A stretch of 63,934 bases of DNA, filler included, from an uncultured Methanosarcinales archaeon (GTDB taxonomy: Archaea; Nanobdellota; Nanobdellia; Woesearchaeales; BS150m-G63), in NCBI GenBank assembly GCA_964630685.1. It is 4 parts of 4 records of this genome, joined end to end, with 100 filler letters (N's around TTAATTAATTAA, not from the genome) between each part and the next. Parts side by side here need not be neighbours in the genome. Positions count along the whole stretch, not along the records: positions 8,986 to 37,534 come from CAZVVW010000011.1; positions 37,635 to 61,852 come from CAZVVW010000013.1; 2 more parts are not named here. One strand, 5' to 3'. The notes beneath the pieces are model-generated. The model worked only from the letters and a program-made list of their open reading frames with translations, did no database searches and was not told the DNA's origin. A program made the position numbers and the translations under genes. This document shows positions 30,121-40,119 of the stretch, piece by piece. Positions within the stretch are counted from its first letter, which is position 1; each line of letters opens with the position of its first letter.

Positions 30121-30717
30121 ATGAAAATTTTAGCTTTTGTGGATTTGCATGGTTCTTTGACTGCTCTGAAAGAGATTAAACGAAAAGCAAAGAAGGTGGA
30201 TGTAGTTGTTTGTGCTGGAGATCTGACTGTGTTTGAAGCAGATATTGAATTTTTAATAGATGAATTGAGCAAGGTTGGAAAAGATGTTATTATGGTGCAT
30301 GGAAATCATGAAGACGATGTTTATATGAGGGAATTATGTAAACCTTACAAGAATATTCATTTTATCCATAAGAAAAAGAAAGTGATTGGTGGTGTGATGT
30401 TTTTAGGATATGGTGGAAAAGGATTTTCCATTGAAGATGAAGAATTTGATAAACTCGCCAAAAAGTTTAAGAAGTGGATTGAAAAAAGTGATGTGGAAAA
30501 AGTCGTGTTGGTGAGTCATGCCCCTCCTTATGGCACTAAATTGGATAAACTTAGTGGAGATTTTGTGGGTAATCTGTCTCTGAAAGAATTTATAGTTAAA
30601 ATGGAAACTCATCTGCTGGTTTGTGGGCATTTGCATGAAACTGCAGGCAGAAAAGATGAAGTTGAAGGCACTTTGATGATTAATCCTGGACCAAAAGGAA
30701 AAATTGTAGAAGTTTAA
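30121..30717 (+). CDS. Calcineurin-like metallophosphoesterase
   Basis: DLHG, AGD, GNHE, SHAPP, CGHLHE motifs. Confidence 0.92.
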   Translation: MKILAFVDLHGSLTALKEIKRKAKKVDVVVCAGDLTVFEADIEFLIDELSKVGKDVIMVHGNHEDDVYMRELCKPYKNIHFIHKKKKVIGGVMFLGYGGKGFSIEDEEFDKLAKKFKKWIEKSDVEKVVLVSHAPPYGTKLDKLSGDFVGNLSLKEFIVKMETHLLVCGHLHETAGRKDEVEGTLMINPGPKGKIVEV

Positions 30718-30739
30718 CTGGTTTAATGTGGGTGGTTAA

Positions 30740-31684
30740 TTAAAATTTCATTATTCTATCTTTGAAATCTTTTTTCATCAACAATAGTACTCTGCTTTCT
30801 TTTTGCTCATCAATGATTTTATAGTTTAAATGTTTGCAGAGCTCTTGTGCGAATTCTTTTACTTCTTCGTGTCTTGGCATATTTTTTTGTTCAAGACGTT
30901 CTCTGCTGGAGCCAACCCACATGTAAGATTTTGCTTCAACAAAATGAGGATCTGCCAATTTAATTAATTCTGCATATTTCTCTGGTTGTTCCATATTTAA
31001 TCCTTTAATTAATGTAAGTCTAATGCAAGTTCTTGTTTTTTGTTTTAATTTTTTTAGTGCTTTTAGTGAGCTAAGTAGGTTTTCCCAACTTGCAGAGGTT
31101 AGGGGTTTACAGATTTTATTGAATGATAATTTTGTTGGGGCGCTTACTGAAACATATAGTTGGGTTGGTGGCTCAATTTTTTCTAATTTTTTAGGGAATT
31201 GGCCATTAGTTACAATAAAAGTTGAACAGTTTTGTTTGTGTAAAGTTTTGATTAATTTATTTATTTTTGGGTAAGCCAACACTTCTCCTGTAAGGGATAT
31301 TGCAAAGTTTTTTGGGTTTTGTGCCTGTTCTAGTTTTTCTTTGTTTACTTTTTCATTTCCACCAAAACCTGAAAGAAGTTTTCTTTGTGCTAGAATAGAA
31401 TTCTTTATTATATCTTCTGGTTGGTCTATGTTTTCTACTTGGAAGTTTTTGTGGTCCCTCCAACAATATACACACTCGTTTTGACAGAAATTTAATGCTG
31501 GAGATATCTGACAGCAGAGGTGGCTTTTTATGCCATAGAATTTTTGTTTATAGCACACTCCTTGGTCTTTTAATGATTTTTTTGTCCAAGAGCAAATCTT
31601 ACAGGCAGAATGTTGTCCTGTTAATTCATATTGTTGCTTTTCTAAGTGTTTTCTAAATTCTTTTATGTTGGTTATTGTTTTCAT
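30740..31684 (-). CDS. taw1: 4-demethylwyosine synthase Taw1/TYW1 (radical SAM)
   Basis: HSACKICSWTK, CYKQKFYGIKSH, CQNECVYCWR, AISLTGE, PTQLY; start MKTITN overlaps lgt stop. Confidence 0.93.
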   Translation of the reverse strand: MKTITNIKEFRKHLEKQQYELTGQHSACKICSWTKKSLKDQGVCYKQKFYGIKSHLCCQISPALNFCQNECVYCWRDHKNFQVENIDQPEDIIKNSILAQRKLLSGFGGNEKVNKEKLEQAQNPKNFAISLTGEVLAYPKINKLIKTLHKQNCSTFIVTNGQFPKKLEKIEPPTQLYVSVSAPTKLSFNKICKPLTSASWENLLSSLKALKKLKQKTRTCIRLTLIKGLNMEQPEKYAELIKLADPHFVEAKSYMWVGSSRERLEQKNMPRHEEVKEFAQELCKHLNYKIIDEQKESRVLLLMKKDFKDRIMKF

Positions 31685-32439
31685 TTTTTTGGTAAGTGGT
31701 CCTTGAGCAAAAAATATGCTGCTGGAATAAACATCAAGATGCAAAGATATTGGCCTATGCTTAATCCGAAATAGTAGTTTGGTGAAAACCTATAAAATTC
31801 TATTATGAATCTAAAAAGGCCGTACAATAAAATGAAATGCCAGAAGAGGAATCCTGGTTTGTGTTTCTTTTTTGATTGAAATAATAGGATTGAGAAAATT
31901 AGGAGGTTTTTGAGTGCTTCATAAATTTGCGATGGGTGTCTGAATCCAGGTATGTTTTGGAATTTTACTGCCCATGGCAGGTTTGTGATGTGACCAAACA
32001 GTTCTCCGTTGATGAAATTTGCTATTCTGCCGAAAAAGAGGAATATTGCTCCTGGTATTGCTATAAGGTCTGCTAATTTATAGAAGTTGAGCTTTATTTT
32101 TTTTGCGAATAAATAAGTTGTTACGATTATGGCTATCAATGCTCCGTGGAATGCCATTCCACCTCTCCACACTGCAAAGATTTGTAGAGGATTATGTAAG
32201 TAGTATGATGGGTTATATACAAATACGTGAAAGAGTCTTCCTCCAAGCATTACCCCTATAACTAGGAAAAGGATATAATCGTATAACTGTTCTTTTGTTA
32301 AAGGTAATTTTTTGTGTTTTATTAGATAGTTTAAATAGAAAAATACTGCGATAAAGCTGAGTACATAAATTAAACCATAGTACCTTATTTCTAGTGTCCC
32401 TATTTGAAGAAGGGTTGGATCTATGTTGTGAATAAACAT
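31681..32439 (-). CDS. lgt: Prolipoprotein diacylglyceryl transferase
   Basis: IRYYGL, GGRL, WRGGMAFHG, GRIANFINGELFG, RHPSQIYEA, RFIIEFYR signatures. Confidence 0.95.
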   Translation of the reverse strand: MFIHNIDPTLLQIGTLEIRYYGLIYVLSFIAVFFYLNYLIKHKKLPLTKEQLYDYILFLVIGVMLGGRLFHVFVYNPSYYLHNPLQIFAVWRGGMAFHGALIAIIVTTYLFAKKIKLNFYKLADLIAIPGAIFLFFGRIANFINGELFGHITNLPWAVKFQNIPGFRHPSQIYEALKNLLIFSILLFQSKKKHKPGFLFWHFILLYGLFRFIIEFYRFSPNYYFGLSIGQYLCILMFIPAAYFLLKDHLPKK

Positions 32440-32498
32440 AGAATGTTAGAAACAAATGGGTTATATAAAATTATTGTGTTTTAAGGGTTGTGATAGTA

Positions 32499-33125
32499 TT
32501 AATAAATTGGTTTTCCTGGCACAAAATGATGTTTGATACACCTTGCTTCATAATTATCTTTTGCACCGATTAATTTTATTGGGCTGTTGTAGGGTGCAGG
32601 TTCTTGGCCCATTAAACGCTGTGTTCTTGTGGCGTCTTTTCCACAAGTTTTTTTGTTTAACTCATAAGTGCAGATTGCAGTTAATCTTTCAAGATAATCT
32701 GCTTTTGCTAAAAGCTCTCCCATGTGTTTGTTTGAATTGTTGAAAGGGAATGGTTCTCCCCTAAAATCAAGGTCTAGTCCTGCTAAGATTATTCTTTTTC
32801 CTTGATTTCTTATGTATTCTGAAAAAGGAATTATTAAATCATCCAGAAACTGAACTTCGTCTATTATTATTGTGTCTGTTTCTTTTTTGAGTTTTTGATC
32901 TATATCTGAAATGTAAAGTATTGGTTCTGCTGGCATGAATAATTTATCGTGAGATGCTAAATCATTTTCGCTGTACCTTTTATCTTCTCCATATTTGAAA
33001 ACCTGAACTGTTTTGTTGGCGATTAATTCTCTTCTTGCTAATCTAATCAATTCAGAAGACTTTCCACAATACATTGGGCCACATACTACATGTATCTGTC
33101 CGGGATTGTTGTTTTCTATATTCAT
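32499..33125 (-). CDS. tdk: Thymidine kinase
   Basis: GPMYCGKSSEL, IDEVQF, AGLDLDFRGEPF, YEARC. Confidence 0.95.
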   Translation of the reverse strand: MNIENNNPGQIHVVCGPMYCGKSSELIRLARRELIANKTVQVFKYGEDKRYSENDLASHDKLFMPAEPILYISDIDQKLKKETDTIIIDEVQFLDDLIIPFSEYIRNQGKRIILAGLDLDFRGEPFPFNNSNKHMGELLAKADYLERLTAICTYELNKKTCGKDATRTQRLMGQEPAPYNSPIKLIGAKDNYEARCIKHHFVPGKPIY

Positions 33126-33177
33126 GTTTTAGTTAGAAAAATGAAAAGAAAAAAGAAAAAAAAAGTGGAAACTGTGT

Positions 33178-34836
33178 TTAACAGCTTCCGCCTGCTGCTA
33201 CTCCTCCTGTGTCTGAGCTAAGAGTGTTTTCACAACCAGATAAGTCTGAGTTATATTTACAGAAGTTTTGTTTTACTGTTTCTGCATCTATTCCACTAAA
33301 CTGATATCTGTTGTTTGCTAACCATGTTGGTGACGCACCTACATTAAGTTCGTTAGCCAATGTTATTTTTTCTTTTAATAGCTCTACTCCTTCGCTTCCT
33401 TCAAAACAGGTATTAATTGCTTCTGTGCTAATGCCGTTTTGAGAAGCGCATGATTCCCATGTTGAATCCAGGTTTTTGTAGTTATCAATTTGACAGTAGA
33501 CATAATCCAAAAATTTATTTGGATAATATTTTTCTATGCATGCCTGTCGCATATTACCATCTACTTCTGGCTGACCATGTAATGAAGAGAAAGTCCCATC
33601 TCCATTATCTTTAGCTATGAAGTGTAATGTGAAATCTACTCCTTCAAAATTAGCAAGGAATTCCTGTAAAGCAGATTCTGCTTTTACTCCGTAAGGGCAT
33701 TGAGACATCACAAATAAGTCTAATTTTTGTGGTGCTTCTTCTCTACACACTAACTGAGATTGACAGTAAGGATCGTCACAGTCTACTTTGTTGTTGTTAT
33801 CATCATCTATGTTGTTATTACAGATTTCTGCTGTTGGGTCAAATTCTGCGCCAATCGTCAAAGTAGTGTAATCTCCTTTTGGTTGTAGGTATCTTTGAAG
33901 ATTTGAATACCCCTCACCTTCTTTTACTGAATCATCAAATAATAGTACTGGAAGGTATTGTAAGTTTAATGTGTTGTATAATTCTTTACCTTCACTTGAA
34001 CTATAGTCTAGAATTGTTGTTTCTAATCCGGGAAATAATCCTTTTAGACTTGAAATAACTCCTGCAACATCACATTCTTCACATCTTTTATCTGTTATTA
34101 CTGTTAATGTTACTTCTTTTGCTTTAGGCATGTTTTCACATGCGGAAGGTGCTTTTTCAAATTCATTACAAACCGACCTCATGAAATCTGCTGTTGTTCT
34201 TCCACCAGAATATTTTTCGTCGTTTAGATAAATCGTTGGGCTTCCTGTTGCAGATACTTTGTTTGTTTGTACAATTGATTCTGAAAGGAGCTCTTTTCCT
34301 TCATCTCCTTCATAACATTCTTTTATTTTTTCTGTGTTCAGGTTATTTTGGTTTGAACATGTTTCCCAATTTCCAGGAATTGATCTTGCATCTTTGTTCT
34401 GGCATACAATCATATCCATGTATTTATCTGGATTATGTTTGATTGCACATAATTGAACTATGTTTCCAAGAACTTCTGGCTGACCGTGTAAAGATGAGAA
34501 TTGACCATTACCATTATCGTTTGCTATGAAATATAAGTTAAGATCTAAATTATCTCCCAATTTTTCCATAACTGGTGCTATTGCGTCTTCAACTTGTGTT
34601 CCATAAGGACACTGAGACATTACATAAAAATCCAGTTTAACTGTTTCTGATGAAGTTGTTGATGTAGATAATTTTGGAAAACTATATTCTGGAAATACCC
34701 TGAAACCTTGAGTTGCAATAGAAATTACAAACAATACTGCAAGAATTACAGTAAATGCCTTCCAATAAGTAATATTTTCATAAGATTTTGATCTTTTTTT
34801 TATATGGTGCTTTGTAGCGCTAGTGTGTTTTGTCAT
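33178..34836 (-). CDS. Membrane-anchored tandem thioredoxin-fold (DsbA/GILT-like) protein
   Basis: Two FxMSQCPYG...FSSLHGQPEV...SPT repeats; N-terminal TM. Confidence 0.75.
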   Translation of the reverse strand: MTKHTSATKHHIKKRSKSYENITYWKAFTVILAVLFVISIATQGFRVFPEYSFPKLSTSTTSSETVKLDFYVMSQCPYGTQVEDAIAPVMEKLGDNLDLNLYFIANDNGNGQFSSLHGQPEVLGNIVQLCAIKHNPDKYMDMIVCQNKDARSIPGNWETCSNQNNLNTEKIKECYEGDEGKELLSESIVQTNKVSATGSPTIYLNDEKYSGGRTTADFMRSVCNEFEKAPSACENMPKAKEVTLTVITDKRCEECDVAGVISSLKGLFPGLETTILDYSSSEGKELYNTLNLQYLPVLLFDDSVKEGEGYSNLQRYLQPKGDYTTLTIGAEFDPTAEICNNNIDDDNNNKVDCDDPYCQSQLVCREEAPQKLDLFVMSQCPYGVKAESALQEFLANFEGVDFTLHFIAKDNGDGTFSSLHGQPEVDGNMRQACIEKYYPNKFLDYVYCQIDNYKNLDSTWESCASQNGISTEAINTCFEGSEGVELLKEKITLANELNVGASPTWLANNRYQFSGIDAETVKQNFCKYNSDLSGCENTLSSDTGGVAAGGSC

Positions 34837-34954
34837 TTATATCCCTCCATTTTAAAGAATTATTATGGATATAATTAAATGGTTTATAAATATTGTTGTA
34901 ATGATTTGATTATTAATGTAAAATTATTTAAACAATGGATGATTTTTATTTTTT

Positions 34955-35455
34955 ATGGATGTTAAAACTGCTTTGGAGATAGTAGGAAAAGATAAAGAAT
35001 TTGATTCTTGGAAGAAAAAACATAAGGATTTTTATTTTGCTAATGCTTTTGTTATGTTGCAAGGAACTGAGAGTATTGATTCTGTTCAGTTGGGTTATTG
35101 CAATAAAAAGGGAGATAAAATTACTAGTTTTATTGTGAGCGAGAGTGAAGTGAAGATGTTTACTGATGAAATGTTTAAACGGCCAGAAACAAAAGTTGGT
35201 GCTGTTAATGTTGATGAGATAGGGATTGATATTGGGCAGGTTTTAAAAAAAGCTAATGGATTTCGTGAGAAAATGTACCCTACTGATACTGCGAATAAAA
35301 AAGTTTTCATACTGCAAAACTCAGATAAAGGGATGATTTGGAATGTTACTTTTATTACTGATTCCCTTAATGTTTTGAATTTTAAAATTGCTTGCAAAGA
35401 TGGTAAACTATTGAAACATAATAAAACGTCTTTGTTACAGTTCAGAAGTAACTGA
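34955..35455 (+). CDS. Hypothetical protein (possible PepSY-like fold)
   Basis: Intact 166-aa ORF; IWNVTFIT...FKIxxxxG pattern. Confidence 0.65.
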   Translation: MDVKTALEIVGKDKEFDSWKKKHKDFYFANAFVMLQGTESIDSVQLGYCNKKGDKITSFIVSESEVKMFTDEMFKRPETKVGAVNVDEIGIDIGQVLKKANGFREKMYPTDTANKKVFILQNSDKGMIWNVTFITDSLNVLNFKIACKDGKLLKHNKTSLLQFRSN

Positions 35456-35631
35456 AAAAAATTTCTCGACGAGCATTATTTAGTGTAGTATATAGTTTGG
35501 GATGATGTTATTTTAATCTTATAATTATAGTTTCATATTATTTAAATAGGAGTAAGTATTCCATATTTTTGGGAGGAAGTCAGGGCTCAAGATTAAAGCC
35601 TTTGATTCTAAAAAGAGGGAAAGAGGTAACA

Positions 35632-35727
35632 ATGGATATAAGCTATGAAACCATAAAAAAGAACAAGACGCTTGTTGAGTTTTTTGATGATTTGGATTAC
35701 GAAGAAGAACCTCCTATTATGGATTAG
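35632..35727 (+). CDS. Putative 31-aa acidic small protein
   Basis: AGAGGT RBS; MDISYETIKKNKTLVEFFDDLDYEEEPPIMD; followed by hairpin GAAGATTTAG-GAAA-CTAAATCTTC. Confidence 0.4.
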   Translation: MDISYETIKKNKTLVEFFDDLDYEEEPPIMD

Positions 35728-35900
35728 AAGATTTAGGAAACTAAATCTTCAAGCTCTACAAAAAGAATAATAAAATTCTTTTAATAGGATTAAAAAAAAT
35801 AAGGGTTTCTTTGTTCTTTTTAGTAAGATTTACCTATTTATTTTGTAGACTAATAGTAATATTTAAATTAAGTAAAGATTTCTAAGTTATTTGGGGGAAT

Positions 35901-36641
35901 ATGCAAGCTTATATCAAAGATGTTTTATTAATATCTGGATTAAAATCTAGGGAAAGTTATGTTCGAATAGATTTTACTGGGTGTGATTTTAAGTGTGGTT
36001 ATTGCGATAGGCAAGATATTCTTGATTTTAAAATTGGATTTCAGAAAGATGTGAAAGTGATTAAAGAAAAAATTAAGGGATATGTTGGGATAGCTGGTGT
36101 TGTTGTTTTTTCTGGAGCAGAACCTTGTTTACAAAGACAAGCTTTACAGAACTTAGCTAAATATTGTAAAAGGTTGGGATTTAAAGTTATTTTGAAAACT
36201 GATGGGACTTCCCCTGCTTTATTGGGCTTATTGATTAAAAGTGGATTGATTGATAAAGTTAGAGTAGATTTTAAGGCTCCACTTGTTGATGGGGTTTTTG
36301 AGAGAGTGACTAAATCAAGAACTTTTTTTAAGAATAGTGGAGAGATTATTGATAATTTTAAGAAAAGTTTGGCTGTTATTAAGAAAAATGATGGTAAAAT
36401 TGGTGTGGTGTTTAGAACAGTGATTGTGCCTGGGTTGATTTATAAAAAAGAAGATATTTTAAGGATTGGTGAAAGAATTAATGGGATAAACTGTGTTTGG
36501 GTATTGCAACAATTTAACAATGAAGGGATTGATGGGATGTTTGGTAAGATAGATAGCCCTTCTATTGGTTTTTTGGAGAATCTAAAAGAGAGTTGTATGA
36601 AAGAGTTTCCTAATTTAAGAATTCAGATTATTGGTTGTTGA
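35901..36641 (+). CDS. Glycyl-radical activating enzyme (anaerobic RNR activase NrdG-like)
   Basis: GCDFKCGYC, FSGAEP, TDG, VDFKAP, FRTVIVPG. Confidence 0.8.
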   Translation: MQAYIKDVLLISGLKSRESYVRIDFTGCDFKCGYCDRQDILDFKIGFQKDVKVIKEKIKGYVGIAGVVVFSGAEPCLQRQALQNLAKYCKRLGFKVILKTDGTSPALLGLLIKSGLIDKVRVDFKAPLVDGVFERVTKSRTFFKNSGEIIDNFKKSLAVIKKNDGKIGVVFRTVIVPGLIYKKEDILRIGERINGINCVWVLQQFNNEGIDGMFGKIDSPSIGFLENLKESCMKEFPNLRIQIIGC

Positions 36642-37356
36642 TAAATTCTTTATATATTTTTATTGCTTGTTCTTGTGTATCTTTAATAGAAAGGCTTGCA
36701 TCAAGATATTTTACTATGGTGTTTCTGGTTTCAAAAATTTGCCTTAATTCTTCACTTTCATAGATAGGTTTTAATTTTAATTGAAAGTTTATGTTTTCAA
36801 AGATGCAGTTATCTTGTTTAGTTCTATTATTTAGTCTGGTCATTAATTCTTCTGTGTTTTTTATTGTTGGTATTATTAGTAAGTTGGGTGAATTATCAAG
36901 TGCTAATTTATTACCTTCTAATTCTTTTAGTTGAGTTATTGAAATGGTGTTGTCTGACTGAGTTCTTTGATACACTAAACTGGAACAGACTGATCTATCC
37001 TGAATTACTGTTTTCCCATCTTTTAGTGCTTTTAGAATTATTTTATTGTAAAGAATTAGTCTGTCTTGAGAGTATGCTTTTGCTGTTTTGAGAGCTGAAT
37101 GAGTTGTGCCTTTTGCTATGATTTTGTTTCTTATCTCTAACCCTTTTTCTGCATAAGTTGGTTCTGAAGAGATTATTGTGTCGTAGGATTTTAGTGATTC
37201 GTAGTCTGGGTGGGTTTTATGTTTTTTCCAGAATTCTATTAGATCGAATACTTTTTTTGTTTTGGTTTCTGTTTCTTTTAATGCTTTTAGAATTACTCCT
37301 TTTCCTATTCCGTCAAGGCCATCTATAATTATGAATTTTCCTTTGTAGGGGTGCAT
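36628..37356 (-). CDS. tmk: Thymidylate kinase
   Basis: FIIIDGLDGIGKG P-loop, EPT, QDRSVCSSLVYQ; start MHPY. Confidence 0.88.
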   Translation of the reverse strand: MHPYKGKFIIIDGLDGIGKGVILKALKETETKTKKVFDLIEFWKKHKTHPDYESLKSYDTIISSEPTYAEKGLEIRNKIIAKGTTHSALKTAKAYSQDRLILYNKIILKALKDGKTVIQDRSVCSSLVYQRTQSDNTISITQLKELEGNKLALDNSPNLLIIPTIKNTEELMTRLNNRTKQDNCIFENINFQLKLKPIYESEELRQIFETRNTIVKYLDASLSIKDTQEQAIKIYKEFINNQ

Positions 37357-37534
37357 GGTTTTTTGGGTGTTTTTTTGGTTTATATATTTTTTTAAAACGA
37401 AAATCAATGGGATTTTAGAAACATTTAAATACAATTAGTACTATTTTACTATTAAATAGGTAATTATAAATTATTTATTTAATAATTATTTAGTACTAAT
37501 ATACAGAATAAAATGCGTGTCGTTGTAAGCAATA

Positions 37535-37634
37535 NNNNNNNNNNNNNNNNNNNNNNNNNNNNNNNNNNNNNNNNNNNNTTAATTAATTAANNNNNNNNNN
37601 NNNNNNNNNNNNNNNNNNNNNNNNNNNNNNNNNN
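37535..37634. other. Artificial contig linker
   Basis: N/TTAATTAATTAA/N. Confidence 0.98.
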
Positions 37635-38320
37635 CAACTCCAACAACTCCAACAACTCCAACAACTCCAACAACTCCAACAACTCCAACTACTCCAACTA
37701 CTCCAACCACCTGCGAAATATCTGTTGAACCAACATCAGAAAGAGCACACAAAGTGCATGAATTGGCATCCTTAAGGGATTTAAGAGACAATAAGATACC
37801 TCAAAGATGGGCAGAAGTAGATAGTGATCCAAGTAATAATTTTGAAGATTTTACTTTTAGCGTAAAAAATAGGGGAAATACAAAAGGAAGATATATTTAT
37901 AGCATAGCACTCATGTATAAAGAAAATGGACATTGGCGTTTATTTACTCCTGAAATGTATAACACATGGTTACAAGCTAATCACCCATATGGCCAATTAA
38001 CAAATAATGAACAAGGTAATGAGAATGAAGTAGGATATTTAGCTGGAGCAGGAGGGATATTTGGACATATTCGTCAAAAATTAATGGGTAAAAAAATGCC
38101 TACAGCAACTAAAAATGCTAAATCTATACATGTTAGGTTAACTCCTCAAAAAGGATTTGAAGAAGTTATAGTAAGATTATGTGCCACAGTTGTTAAAGGG
38201 CCAAAAGATAAAAGACCTTTATGTAAAGCTACCGCTGGCTATGTATTAAAATTTGGAAATTATCCTCTAACAGAAGGTGTTGAAGTCAGAATTATTGGGA
38301 ACAGAGAGGTGCAAGTATGA
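37635..38320 (+). CDS. 5'-truncated protein with (TPT)n linker
   Basis: 9-bp tandem repeat (caactccaa, 37635-37711) at contig start reads in frame into ORF 37754..38320. Confidence 0.6.
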
Positions 38321-39105
38321 TTAGAGTTAAATTTACAGTTAGAAACCTCCTTAAAGAAACCCTAGATTATAATTTAAAAGGATATTTACTAACTTGCAAT
38401 ATAATGAGAAGAATTTTGAATTCTGATTCAACAAATATAACTTTATCTGAAGAATATGTAGAATTGAAAAGTTATGAAAAAAAAGAAATCACTCTCCAGT
38501 TTTCTCCCCCACAAACCTTTTAAAAAAAAAAAAAATATTTAATTAGTTTATGGGCTATAAGCCCCCAAAATAGCCACACATTTGAAATAACTAATGAAAG
38601 TGTACAAAAAGTGGTAGATTATAATAGGTCTAAAGGAGCTACAATAGGTTGCGATTATTATGAGTTAAAAGAAACCCAAAAACTTACCATTGAAGACTTA
38701 AAAAAACATATAAATAAATGGGACAAAAAAGTCCAAAAAAGTGAAAATCCTTTATTCTTTGGAGGGTATATTAATATGATAGGTTATTTGAAAAAAGCAA
38801 TTCCTATCCAAGATGAAAAAAGTATTTTAACTAAATACCATCTTGAAGGGAGAGAAGAATTAGTTCAATTACATCATGAAACTATTAGTGGTAAATATGT
38901 ATTACTCAATGATAAACTGAAAAACCAAATAATGCCAAAAGATACTTTTAGATTCAAAGAATATACAAACTTCACAGATTTCATAAAATCTTTAAATAAG
39001 AATGCAATTAAAGGATTTATTAAAGAAATAAAGGAAGGAGATATAGAAGGATTGAGTAAAGAAGAAGGAAATAATTTAATAAAATTAATAAAAAAGATCA
39101 CTTAA
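38317..39105 (+). pseudogene. Single reading frame interrupted by one TAA at 38521-38523 (pseudogene or homopolymer error)
   Basis: ORFs 38317..38523 and 38611..39105 share a frame and the intervening codons are open. Confidence 0.55.
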
Positions 39106-39166
39106 TTAAAAAAGAGGGAAGAATAAAAAACAAAACAACAAGGTTAATTCATAAGGAGGAATTAAA

Positions 39167-40078
39167 ATGGGAGTAGTATCAAAACAAATAGCAAAGATTG
39201 GATTGGTCATGCATATTGGCTCATCAAAGCACTATGCAAAAGTTATTATAAGACTTACAAAAGCAATTAAAGGAGATGTAAAAGACGAACATGAAGATGT
39301 TCATAAATTAGATGAAGCAATAACAGAAGGTTCTATTTTAAAAGTAAAAGAAACAATGAACCACTTAATTGAAACATGTAAAGATGAAGCAAAAGAATTA
39401 GATAAAATATCAGAAGAAGTCTATGTTCTAGAATTTAGGATGGAAAAAGACTTAAAAAAATTAGTAGATGATTTAAACTCATTAAACAAGGACCCTAAAC
39501 ATGAAGCAGAATTAAAAGAATCACTCAATTCATTATACTCTTTATTCAAAGAGATTCATCAAAAGATTTTGATGGAAAAGAAACAAATGAGGGATTTAAA
39601 GAAAGATAGACATAGATTAAGAGATAGAACCATTAAACTAAATATTATGTTATTTCACACATTAAAAGTTTGTGCAAAAGCAGAAAAGAGAGATGTAAAA
39701 AAAGTTGCAAAAGTAATCCACGAATTACAAGGACTTATCGAAGACTTAAAGAAAGGTAAAGCAGACAAAAACGTTTTTGGAACAATAAAAACAGATGCAG
39801 AAAAATTAAAATCTGAAATTGAAGAAGAATTAAAAGTCTTAACCCAAATAGAATCTGCAACAGTTTACCTTACAGAGAGATTTAAAGAATTAAATGCAAA
39901 AGAATTCCAAAAAGTAAGAGATTTAGCACAAAAAGGATTCCCTCAAAAAGTGGAATCAGAAATAGCACTCAAAGAACAAGAATTCTTAGAACAACTAAAA
40001 GCAGAAGAAAGAAAAGAATATGATAGGGTGAGGGCAGTTCTTGGAGTATCTAAAGAAGGATATAAAATGGCAGCTTAA
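39167..40078 (+). CDS. Coiled-coil hypothetical protein
   Basis: K/E-rich helical 303 aa; GGAGG RBS. Confidence 0.75.
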   Translation: MGVVSKQIAKIGLVMHIGSSKHYAKVIIRLTKAIKGDVKDEHEDVHKLDEAITEGSILKVKETMNHLIETCKDEAKELDKISEEVYVLEFRMEKDLKKLVDDLNSLNKDPKHEAELKESLNSLYSLFKEIHQKILMEKKQMRDLKKDRHRLRDRTIKLNIMLFHTLKVCAKAEKRDVKKVAKVIHELQGLIEDLKKGKADKNVFGTIKTDAEKLKSEIEEELKVLTQIESATVYLTERFKELNAKEFQKVRDLAQKGFPQKVESEIALKEQEFLEQLKAEERKEYDRVRAVLGVSKEGYKMAA

Positions 40079-40119
40079 AACAGTTAATTTTATATAATTC
40101 TTTTTTATTATTTTAGTTT

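Noticed and set aside
37579..37791. Minus-strand (VVG)n ORF
   Set aside because: Antisense reading of the (TPT)n repeat, running into the linker.
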